From NCBI GenBank assembly GCA_963745025.1, contig CAVUWD010000016.1, forward strand, positions 736,001-800,000: 64,000 nt of DNA, written 5' to 3'. The DNA is from an uncultured delta proteobacterium. GTDB taxonomy: Bacteria > Desulfobacterota > Binatia > JACPRU01. Positions within the stretch are counted from its first letter, which is position 1, and the number at the start of each line of letters is the position of its first letter. Below the pieces are notes generated by a model that was given only the letters and a program-made list of their open reading frames with translations, ran no database searches and was not told the origin of the DNA. The position numbers and the translations under genes were made by a program. This document shows, piece after piece, positions 40,399 to 48,331 of the stretch.

Positions 40399-40698
40399 TT
40401 GACGCAGCGGGCTCCTCTGCGGTTCTATTGCCCGTTGAGCCTTCACTTCCTTCGCGCCGAGCACCATGAAGTTTCTCGGTCAACCGCCGAGCAACGACTC
40501 TGGACTGCGGCCCTCCGCGACGCACTGAAAATCTGCCGCGGCGAAACGCCCGCTTCGAACGACGACAGGCGAAGAGCTATGGCCTGGATCGCTCGCAGGT
40601 CGGACGACGTGGCTAGTTTCGACTGGTGCTGCCGCGCGCTTGGGATCGAGCCTGCCGCTGCGCATGCCTGCCTCGGTGAGCAATGGTCCAAGGCGTAG
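40399..40698 (+). CDS. Hypothetical protein (EQRLW...AMAWI...SFDWCCRALGI family; start uncertain)
   Basis: Motif pattern recalled from small phage-associated/Binatia hypothetical proteins; not verified by search. Confidence 0.6.
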   Translation: MTQRAPLRFYCPLSLHFLRAEHHEVSRSTAEQRLWTAALRDALKICRGETPASNDDRRRAMAWIARRSDDVASFDWCCRALGIEPAAAHACLGEQWSKA

Positions 40699-40770
40699 GC
40701 AAGGACCACCTATACCTGTCCAACCGACCGGTCCTCGCGCCTTCCGAACCTTCCGCCAGGCTGTGCTGTC

Positions 40771-41073
40771 CTAGTTCGGCCCGGAGTGTCCTAGTTTGAC
40801 GGGTGGAGTGTCCTGCTTTGCGAGGCGGGGATCGTCGCTAGCGATACATAACGCCCAGCTCTCTGCACCACGTGCGGCTTTCGTCGGGCACTTGCTGTCC
40901 AGGTATTTACGCATCTGCGTCTGATCGGCCATGCACTTTTCCGCCGAATCGTAACTGCTCCTGATATCCCACTTCGATAACGGTACGCTGAGAACGACTT
41001 TCGCCTTGTGGATAGGAGGCGTCGTTAAGTACCACCCGAGAAGGGCGAGCGCGGCGACGTGGCGACGGATCAT
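40771..41073 (-). CDS. Small secreted Cys-containing protein
   Basis: ALALLGWYL..PP...PLSKW...SYDSAEKC...CIASDDPRL; pattern recalled from a Binatia-expanded family, not verified. Confidence 0.75.
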   Translation of the reverse strand: MIRRHVAALALLGWYLTTPPIHKAKVVLSVPLSKWDIRSSYDSAEKCMADQTQMRKYLDSKCPTKAARGAESWALCIASDDPRLAKQDTPPVKLGHSGPN

Positions 41074-41645
41074 GCCGACAAGCCTAGCACTCGAGCTGGG
41101 TTTCGTCTCCTCAGAACAAACCCCTATCCGGTAGGTTCACGGGCGCGGTATCCCAATTTGCCCAGCGGGTGTCCTACTTAGGACAGCCCCAGGCTGAGCG
41201 CGTCGCTCCGTGGGCGATTGAAGCCGGAGCGGCACGCCGAAGGTGCTGCCGCCGATCACGGTCAACGGAGTAGGTTTTCGCCGCCTCAACATTGCTCGAG
41301 ACGGCGGAGGGCGGGTTGCTGGTGCGCGGGTAGCGTCGCAGATTTTCGACCGCATGAGGGGTTTCCCTTATTGGCGGAACGCACCACCTGCGGTAAAGCG
41401 ACGCCACTTCTGCCCTGGCGGGGGGCAGGATGACAGAGCGATCCGCTCATCATGCCCCCCGCCACCCCGCCCGCGTAGTTGAAGAGGCGGGCAACCCTTA
41501 CCTTTTATCACCGAGGCACGACAGCATGATCCTCGTCATCTCCATCGGCCTGGGCCTTCGCGATTGCTTCCGAACCTTGCGTCCGCGAACCCGCCGCGCG
41601 AGCGACGCTCCGCGAACGAGTGAAACCGGGGCGGCGCCATGAAGA

Positions 41646-42038
41646 ATGCTACCGCCTCACGTCGTAGAGGTCGCCTACGGGCTCTACTCGTGCGAGCGCG
41701 GCTACTTCATCCGGCAAGGCCAGTGCATCCCGTTCGAAGAGATCCCGCACGGACCCGTCGTCGAGGTCTCGAGCCTGCCCTCGGCCGGCGACGGGGCGCC
41801 AGGAACTTGTCCGAGCGGCGGCTGCGGCTCTTTCGCGGCGCCCTCCTTTGACCTTGGCGGCCATCGGAGATTCTATCTCGCGAGCCAACGCGACGAGTGC
41901 GCCCGCGATCACCGAGAGCAGCAGCCACCCGAGCCACGTCGAGCACCCGCCGCAGGCGAGGGTCTTCCGGTAATAGAGCCCACCGCGGCCCGCGGCGACG
42001 TAAGGCCCGCCATCGGCCCGCTACTGTGTCCCACCTAG
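41646..42038 (+). CDS. Hypothetical Cys-containing ORF (possibly a remnant)
   Basis: First ~65 codons look coding (YSCERGYFIRQGQCIP); the tail is low quality. Confidence 0.35.
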   Translation: MLPPHVVEVAYGLYSCERGYFIRQGQCIPFEEIPHGPVVEVSSLPSAGDGAPGTCPSGGCGSFAAPSFDLGGHRRFYLASQRDECARDHREQQPPEPRRAPAAGEGLPVIEPTAARGDVRPAIGPLLCPT

Positions 42039-42311
42039 GCCGGGCGGTAGTGATTTTGGCACCGGTGTCCCGCTGGCGCGTGCTCTGGCCTTGTCCATCT
42101 CGTCTATCGTGTCACGAGCGGCGTTAGGCGTGGGCTTAGGCGTGCCCGGTCTTTGCCGACGTCCGGAGCCCGCAGGGGATTGCCCAATTCCGCTTGAATT
42201 AGTGAAGGTTCCGGGCGCCTCCGGAATCTGAGCGAGGGCGACGCCCCGTGAAGGCGTGTTGGCAGCCGCCAGCGTGAGCACCATTGCCAGTGGGACACTT
42301 TTGAATCTCAT
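42021..42311 (-). CDS. Small secreted protein, tandem paralog A
   Basis: AAGGAGG RBS; signal peptide; AQIPEAPGTF...ARDTIDEMDKARARASGTP. Confidence 0.75.
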   Translation of the reverse strand: MRFKSVPLAMVLTLAAANTPSRGVALAQIPEAPGTFTNSSGIGQSPAGSGRRQRPGTPKPTPNAARDTIDEMDKARARASGTPVPKSLPPGLGGTQ

Positions 42312-42380
42312 GGTTGCCTCCTTCTCCCACGCGCGAGGCGTGGCTTGCTCGAAGCCGTCGCCGAACATCGCGTTGCTCAG

Positions 42381-42701
42381 TCAAAACTTTGGTGTCGGCT
42401 CTGGCTCCGGTGTACCGCTGGCCCGTTCCCTGGCCCTTTCAAATTCGTCGATCGTGTCACGAGCGGGGTCGGGCGCGGGTTCGTTGGATTTAGGCGTCGC
42501 CCATTTTTTTGGAGGGCGCTTTGTCTTGAAATCGCCGCCGCCCTCGCCGTCGTCACTCAACCCGCCCCCGGCTGAATCTGAGAAGCTTCCGGGCGCCTCC
42601 GGAATCTGAGCGACGGCGATGCGCTGTGAAAGCGGGTTGAGCGCCGCAAGGGCGACCATCGTTGCCAGTAGATAGAAACGCCCCACACTCCTGAATCTCA
42701 T
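42381..42701 (-). CDS. Small secreted protein, tandem paralog B
   Basis: GGAGG RBS; signal peptide; AQIPEAPGSF...ARDTIDEFERARERASGTP. Confidence 0.75.
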   Translation of the reverse strand: MRFRSVGRFYLLATMVALAALNPLSQRIAVAQIPEAPGSFSDSAGGGLSDDGEGGGDFKTKRPPKKWATPKSNEPAPDPARDTIDEFERARERASGTPEPEPTPKF

Positions 42702-42797
42702 CGTAAGATACCTCCCCCCCACGTGCCAGGCGTCGCCTGCTCGAAGCCGTCGCCGAACATCATGGCACCTATCACTTCCCCCGGTTCTTCTCGCGGA

Positions 42798-43335
42798 TCA
42801 CTGCTCCGCTACGGGGACCACGTCCCACGTGATCCGATAGTCCGGCGCGTCCCAGCCGAGCACCTCGAAGGAGAACGTGCCCTGCGCGCCAGGGACCAAG
42901 GTCGACGGCGCCACAGCCTGACACCGGCGCCCATACTCGATACAGATCTGCACGCCGTAGACGGGGAACTCGGCGCCGTTCGCCACTGTGCCCTCGAACA
43001 ACCGGCCGTTTCGGTACTGCTTCACCACCCATGCTCTGGATAGCGACCGCGGTGATCTCCCTGCGGCGCTCAAGTTCCTTTTCCCTCGCCGCGTCTGCCG
43101 CTGCCCTGGCCGCCTCCTCTGCCGGCGGCGCTGGCGTAGGCGTCGCCAAGAACTCGCCCGGTTTCCACGATGAGCCAGCCTCGCCGCCGGTACTCGGCCG
43201 CACGCTCCCGACCGGAACACAATCCTCCGGCGGCGTCGGCCCGACGTACAGGCTGCCGTCGCGCTTCTTGCACTTCGCCATCTCGGCGTTGGCGATCGTG
43301 GCCGCCGCGAGCACTATCGTCACGAGCCCCTTCAT
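42798..43335 (-). CDS. Exported protein, DUF4124-like N-terminus plus Ig-like (FxLYD-like) C-terminus; indel near 43035
   Basis: MKGLVTIVLAAATIANA-EMAKCKKRDGSLYVGPTPP; after the shift, FEGTVANG...PSTLVPGAQGTFSF. Confidence 0.6.
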
Positions 43336-43693
43336 GGTGGAGTGCCTCATCGAAGGGTTCGGTGGCCTCCTTCTCGCGCAGCCTCGCTCCAAGAAAGGTA
43401 AGAGCATGGCGACCACCAAAAGCTAGTCCCGACGAGGTTCCCAGAGCCCTTGCTTGCCGCGCTCCCAATCGAGTACCCAGCCGGCGACGCTACCGGGCTT
43501 TGTCTCGGGCGCCAGTATTTCGCTCTGGATCTCGCTCAAGCTCCTGCCTGCCTTCCACAGCGCGAATGCCGGCTCCTTGCTCTATCTCCCTTGGGCATGA
43601 CCGACCTCCAGTCCTCTCGGATCTACGGGGTGCCGAGACGGAGTCGGTTTAGCTCATCCGGCACGACAAGCTCAAAGACTTGCCCGGCCACGT

Positions 43694-44900
43694 TTAGACG
43701 TTCAACTGCACGCCCGCAGACCGCACGCGCCTCTGCGGCGGGAGATTCTGCTCGCTAGGCCGGATCGTGCCGACCTTCATCCCATTGGCAAGCGACGCCA
43801 GACGCTCGGACTCGCGAGACAGCGATAGACCCATCGACAGCAAGCCCGCGAGCGCGGCGACGTTCAGAACCTTGCAGTCGAGCGCCTCGTTCCGCGCCCG
43901 CGTCTTCACCCAGATCCGCCGCGGATGCCCGTGGTGGTATTTCGTGATGACCTTCTCGCTCGTCAGTTGCTCGAAGTACTCGACGTCGTAGTGATCGGGG
44001 AAGTGAAAGCTCGCCGGCTGCCCGATCGGCAACCGCAGGCGCGCGAAGATCAGCTCCTTCGCGGAGTCCACGCCGATCAGGAAGAGCGGCACCTTGCCGA
44101 CGTTGTTTCGCGTCGGCTTCCGCGGCCAGACCGGCCTCGATCCGCCCACACCTTTCGTCGCCCACACGCGCCGGCCGAAGCGCTCGCGAGCGAAGCTGTA
44201 CACGGCCTGGGTGAAGTCGCCCATCGCGTCGCAGCACGCCGCCGCGACCGGGAGCACGCCGCCGTCCGCGCGCCTTCTCTGTTCAAGCAGTAGCGCGTCG
44301 AGATCCCGCCACGATGTGTTCGTCGACGGATCGCCGCGGATCGTTCTGAAGTCGAGCGACCAGCATTGCTCGGACGAATCCCACCCGCAGAACTCGACCT
44401 CGAGCCTGTCGTCCTGCGTGTCGATTCCGGCCGTGATGACCACCACACCAGCAGGAACTTCTGGGCCATAGAGTGCTCGCGCCGGGAAAGCAGGCTCGTC
44501 TCGTCGAATTGCTCGCCCTTCTCCTCGTAGGTCTCCCCGAGACTCAACGTCACAAACGTTTTCAACTGTTCCGGGTAGTCCTTCGCCTGCAAGAACATCG
44601 TCGCGAGCTCGGCGAGCTTCACCCACGGCGAGTACAGCGCCGAGAGATGAAAACCGGCCGTGCCGTTGAAAGGCCGCCGCACGCCACGTCCCGAGGTGCA
44701 CCGCGGCGAGCCGCTGGTCGTCGTTCCACTTCGCGCCGCAGGACTCGCAGCGGTAGGTGGCCGTCTCGGGCAGGTGGTTGCCGCTCTCGCTCTTGTCCCA
44801 CTTGATCTGAGCCCATCGAAGCGCCTGCTCGTGCACGCAGGCGCCGCACGGCACGTGATAGCGTCTCTGGTCGCTTGTCTCGAAGGCCGCCTCGATCCGG
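43694..44900 (-). pseudogene. Phage terminase large subunit (lambda GpA family), C-terminal part, frameshifted
   Basis: RIEAAFETSDQRRYHVPC..C, GFHLSALYSPW, LGETYE, TAGIDTQDDRLE, LFLIGVDSAKE, YFEQLTSE, RNEALDC. Confidence 0.92.
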
Positions 44901-45038
44901 GCGGATGAGGTGGACCACTTCAGGCCGAGCGCGGGCAGCGAGGGCGATCCGATCGAGTTAGCCAAGCGGCGCACGTCGAATTTCTGGAACAGAATGCACA
45001 TTCTGACGAGCACGCCGACGATCAAAGGCGAGAGCCGG
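44901..45038 (+). pseudogene. Inverted GpA terminase fragment (Walker B region)
   Basis: ADEVDHFRPSAGSEGDPIELAKRRTSNFWNRMHILTSTPTIKGESR on the opposite strand to the rest of the gene. Confidence 0.88.
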
Positions 45039-45142
45039 TCGGGACAGCGGGCGAAAAGAGACCTTCGGAGGGTGCGGAAGAGATCCTCGCGCAGGATCTC
45101 GACGTAGATGATCACGGTGCCGCTCCCGACGACCGCTCGCTC

Positions 45143-45545
45143 ATGGAACACGCCGTCATCGTCGACACAAAAAAGGCCGGGATATCTACCTGCCCGCGGA
45201 AGTACGCGCCGTGCTCGAGGTGCAATGGACCGAACGCCAGGCGAATTACCCGGCCTGCTCGCTCGTCTTCCACCATGGCGGCGAACGGATCTTGTCGTTC
45301 TACAAGGCCTGGTATAAGGCCTGCGATTCGGCAGGGGTCGGGAAGAAAGTACCGCACGACTTCCGACCGGAGCGCGGTCCGGAACATGGTCCGGGCGGGA
45401 ATCGCGGAGCGGGCTGCGATGGAGATGGCAGGACACAAGACGAGGGCGATCTTCGACCGCTACCACATCGTCAGCAACGGCGATCTAACGGGAGGCGGCG
45501 AAGCGCCTGGATGCGGCTTTGAGCTCGCGAACAACTACCCGAGGC
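45143..45545 (+). pseudogene. Tyrosine integrase C-terminal remnant (element 1)
   Basis: KAWYKAC..AG...PHDFR/RSAVRNMVRAG...AGHKTRAIFDRYHIV; frameshifted, N-terminus absent. Confidence 0.9.
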
Positions 45546-45578
45546 ACCGAAACGACAGGCGAGCCCGAAATTATCCAC

Positions 45579-45584
45579 TAAAAT
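45579..45584 (+). promoter_or_regulatory. -10-like box supplied by element 1 for the intact tRNA
   Basis: TAAAAT 7 nt upstream of tRNA G1; the left copy has TGATTT at the equivalent position. No good -35. Confidence 0.4.
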
Positions 45585-45591
45585 CAAGCGC

Positions 45592-45665
45592 GGCGGCGTA
45601 GCTCAGGTGGCTAGAGCGAGGGTCTCATAATCCCTAGGTCCGTGGTTCGAGTCCACGCGCCGCCA
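45592..45665 (+). tRNA. tRNA-Met (CAT), probably elongator; CCA not encoded
   Basis: Acceptor GGCGGCG/CGCCGCC+A, D arm GCTC/GAGC, anticodon loop CTCATAA, T arm CGTGG-TTCGAGT-CCACG. Confidence 0.95.
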
Positions 45666-46454
45666 TGATTTTTCCACCGTCTTTGCTGCATCTTTTTCCG
45701 TAGCGTCGCCGCCCGAAAGATGACTGAGTTGGTTAGGTTGCGCGGGGGTTGCGGACGGTTGCGGCCCCTCGGCCGCCTTCGGAGGGGCGATCGAGTCGAG
45801 CCGGTCCGCGCCGCTGCGGTCGCTCGTCGGGATCCACCGGCCGTAGATGTCGACCGTAATTTGGATCGAGGAGTGCCCGAGCTGGTCCTTCACCCACGCG
45901 AGGCTTCGGCCGTCCTGAATGTGCAGGACGGCGAACGTGTGCCGCAGGTCGTGAATCCGCCGATGCCGGAGCCCTAGCTTTCGGAGAAGCGGCGCCCACA
46001 CGTTTCGCCGGAAGGCATCGCCGTCGAGGCGGCCGCCGTCCCGGTCGATGAACACCCACGCGGAAGGATCGAGCGCGCGGGCGCACTCCGCGGCGGCTGC
46101 CTCCCGGGCTCTTGCGGCCTCGGCCTTGAGCACCTCGGCGAGCCCCGCGGACATCTCGACCGAGCGGGCCTTCCCGCTCTTCGGGGTTGTCATCCGCCCT
46201 CCGGTGAAATTCCGCTCCACGCGAAGCGTCCGGTTGTGGAAGTCGAGATCGCCCCATTGGAGCGCAATCGCCTCCCCGAGGCGGAGCCCCGTCCGCGCGA
46301 GCGTGAGGATGAACGGGAAGAAGTGCCGGCGCGAGTCAGGCTTCCCGAGCTTCGTCGGCCAGTCGCGCGAGAGAGCGAGCGCGGCCGAAAGCTCCTCGGC
46401 CGAAAGCGGGTCGGCCTGCTTCTTGATGTCGTCGCGAGCCCGCAGCGCCGCACT
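45603..46454 (-). pseudogene. Tyrosine integrase, catalytic domain only (element 2)
   Basis: LARTGLRLGE, TPKSG, HDLRHT, LGHSSIQITVDIY: full R-K-H-R-H-Y set. No N-terminal arm/core-binding domain; reads antisense into the tRNA. Confidence 0.92.
45736..45755 (+). repeat. Arm-type site candidate of element 2
   Basis: GGTTGCGCGGGGGTTGCGGA, identical at 47158-47177; built of GGTTGCG units. Confidence 0.8.
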
Positions 46455-46518
46455 TCATGCAGAAGTTGGCGCTCGTCGGTATTGGAGCACCACATTTGTC
46501 ACAAGGGTTGAAAGCCAC
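46336..46518 (-). CDS. Zinc-ribbon N-terminal fragment overlapping the integrase frame
   Basis: CDKCGAPIPTSANFCMKCGA is a classic zinc-ribbon motif. Confidence 0.6.
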   Translation of the reverse strand: MAFNPCDKCGAPIPTSANFCMKCGAAGSRRHQEAGRPAFGRGAFGRARSLARLADEAREA

Positions 46519-46544
46519 CGATTGGAGCCTCGTCGCCTCGCGGG

Positions 46545-46742
46545 TCAGCTCGGGGCCGCGGGGCGCTTACGCATCGAAGTCTCGACGCGGACTACGTCCG
46601 ACAGGCGCGTCCCGCTTTGCATACCGGAACGTAACGCACCACAAGCCGGACAAAATTGATCGCGATCCATCATACCCCGATGGATGCAAGAGGGCTTTCG
46701 CTGTAGTTCCAGCCAGCGTGAAATGAATGTTCGGAGCTTCAT
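46545..46742 (-). CDS. Small hypothetical protein with CxxC
   Basis: Strong SD AAAGGAGGTG; CIH...FCPACG. Confidence 0.6.
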   Translation of the reverse strand: MKLRTFISRWLELQRKPSCIHRGMMDRDQFCPACGALRSGMQSGTRLSDVVRVETSMRKRPAAPS

Positions 46743-46838
46743 GCTGTCACACCTCCTTTGCTAACGGCTCAGGCCACTCTGGCCGTTCCAGCGAATTCAG
46801 CATATTGCGCTTTTGGCTGCCGGGCCTTGTTGCGAATT

Positions 46839-46852
46839 GACAATCCATTGTC
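46839..46852. promoter_or_regulatory. Palindromic operator candidate overlapping TTGACA
   Basis: GACAAT-CC-ATTGTC between divergent small ORFs. Confidence 0.45.
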
Positions 46853-46887
46853 TAAACGCGCCAAGGTAGCACGCGTTGAAGCACGCA

Positions 46888-47076
46888 ATGTCGAAACAAA
46901 TCGTTTTCACCGCGCCCCCTCGGTGCTCTTGCGGAGCGCCTGCGGATCGGTCGAAGCTCACGATCTGTGATGCCTGCGCTCGAAATCTACTCGATCAAGC
47001 CCGGTCCCGACGGGCTCGCGCGCATCACAACACGCCGACTCGGCGAGACCGTTCAGGCGAAAATCTGATGACTTAG
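46888..47076 (+). CDS. Small hypothetical Cys-rich protein
   Basis: MSKQIVF...CSCG...ICDAC. Confidence 0.45.
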   Translation: MSKQIVFTAPPRCSCGAPADRSKLTICDACARNLLDQARSRRARAHHNTPTRRDRSGENLMT

Positions 47077-47249
47077 GCTGGTTCTTCGACGGTGGGCAAA
47101 CTTTTTAGCAATCCTGCGCCTTAGACCTTTCTCGGCGCCTCTCAACGCGTGGCTCCTGGTTGCGCGGGGGTTGCGGATTTGTGGCTCTCGGGGCCCCTCG
47201 ACGGCGAAAAAAGCCTAGAAAACTCCGCGATGGCGGGCAGTTTTTCGCC

Positions 47250-47293
47250 TCTCATAATCCCTAGGTCCGTGGTTCGAGTCCACGCGCCGCCAT
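47250..47293 (+). pseudogene. tRNA-Met 3' half (right att site of element 2)
   Basis: TCTCATAATCCCTAGGTCCGTGGTTCGAGTCCACGCGCCGCCAT, identical to 45623-45666. Confidence 0.95.
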
Positions 47294-47435
47294 TTACTCT
47301 TCTCCGGCAGCTCGACTGTGCTTCCGCATCGGCGCCAGCTGCCACGCCGCCGATGCGCGCGATCAGTTCGCCCCTCTTGAAGCCGTCCCCGTGCGCGGCA
47401 CCCTCCGGGCGGATCTCCGATGGACGAACTATCGA

Positions 47436-48137
47436 TCAGCGCCGCCCGCCCCAGCGGTTCCAGTACGTCACGTCGGTGGCGGGGAACCGCCGTGCCGGCC
47501 GGACATCCCCGCCCTTCAGCCACGCGACCGGTAGCAGCGCCGCCTGCGTATAGCTCTCCGGAATGCCGAGCACGTCGGCCGTCTCCTGCTCGTGAAGGAG
47601 TGTGAACGTCGTCCACGCCGAAGCAATCCCCCGCGCGCGCAGCGCGAGCATCAGCGACCAGGTCGCCGGAAGGATCGAGCCCCACATCGATGCCTGTGTG
47701 AACACGTCCTCGTGCGCGAATCGCCCCGCGATGCACGGAATCAGGTGGACCGGGACGCGATGGAGGTTCTCGATCAGGTGCACCGCCGACTTCACGATCG
47801 CGGGCAGTCGTCGCTGACGAGGATCGTCGGCCGCGTACTGCCGCGCGACGCTCATGCCGGTTCGCGAGAGCCCCGTCTTTCCCTGGAGGTAGAGCTCGGA
47901 GCCCTTGCGGTAGATGTCCGCGAGCTTCGCGCGAAGACCGGCGTCCGTGACGACGAGGAATCGCCAATCCTGCGAGTTCGCTCCCGTCGGCGCCTGCAAC
48001 GCGACGTCGATCGCCTCCTCGATCAGCGCCTCGGGCACCGGCCGCGCGAGGTCCAGCCGGAGCCGAACGCTGCGCGTCGTCTTCATCACGTGATCGACGC
48101 TCGCGACGTCGATCCGACCGACAGTTTCGTTCGTCAT
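47436..48137 (-). CDS. Nitroreductase family protein
   Basis: TTRSVR.RLD, QAPTGANSQDWRFLVV, WSLMLALRARG..SAWTT. Confidence 0.92.
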   Translation of the reverse strand: MTNETVGRIDVASVDHVMKTTRSVRLRLDLARPVPEALIEEAIDVALQAPTGANSQDWRFLVVTDAGLRAKLADIYRKGSELYLQGKTGLSRTGMSVARQYAADDPRQRRLPAIVKSAVHLIENLHRVPVHLIPCIAGRFAHEDVFTQASMWGSILPATWSLMLALRARGIASAWTTFTLLHEQETADVLGIPESYTQAALLPVAWLKGGDVRPARRFPATDVTYWNRWGGRR

Positions 48138-48331
48138 CTCTGCTCCTTCCTCGGCGGCGCCGCTGCGCGAGAATCAGTCGTCGCCCCAGATCCCTCTGAT
48201 GGACGCATTCCGTGGTGTGAGACCGGTTTCATCGCCTTGCCACCGCGACGTCGTTGACCGCGAGGCGAAAAAAGCCTTCGTGGAAGCAGATGGGTTCGAA
48301 GTCCCCGGGCACTCCGCGCCGTCACGCCGGG

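Larger units (their letters stand above)
40145..45630. mobile_element. Decayed prophage/integrative element 1 (duplicates tRNA 5' half)
   Basis: 47-bp direct repeats 40145-40191 and 45584-45630; integrase and terminase remnants inside; 15-bp arm-like repeat near both ends. Confidence 0.9.
45623..47293. mobile_element. Decayed integrative element 2 (duplicates tRNA 3' half)
   Basis: 44-bp direct repeats 45623-45666 and 47250-47293; integrase catalytic domain; 20-bp arm-like repeats at 45736-45755 and 47158-47177. Confidence 0.92.

Noticed and set aside
43694-45466. Single 590-aa terminase ORF from the ORF track
   Set aside because: A composite of antisense integrase, an inverted fragment and frameshifted terminase; not a real protein.
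45592-45665. tRNA-Ile2 (because tilS is nearby) or initiator tRNA
   Set aside because: The G1-C72 pair excludes the initiator, and the GGCGGCG acceptor fits elongator Met better than Ile2. A covariance-model isotype check would confirm.
40153-47293. Trans-spliced split tRNA or intron-containing tRNA
   Set aside because: An intact copy exists, the halves are exact att-type duplications, and integrase remnants adjoin them.
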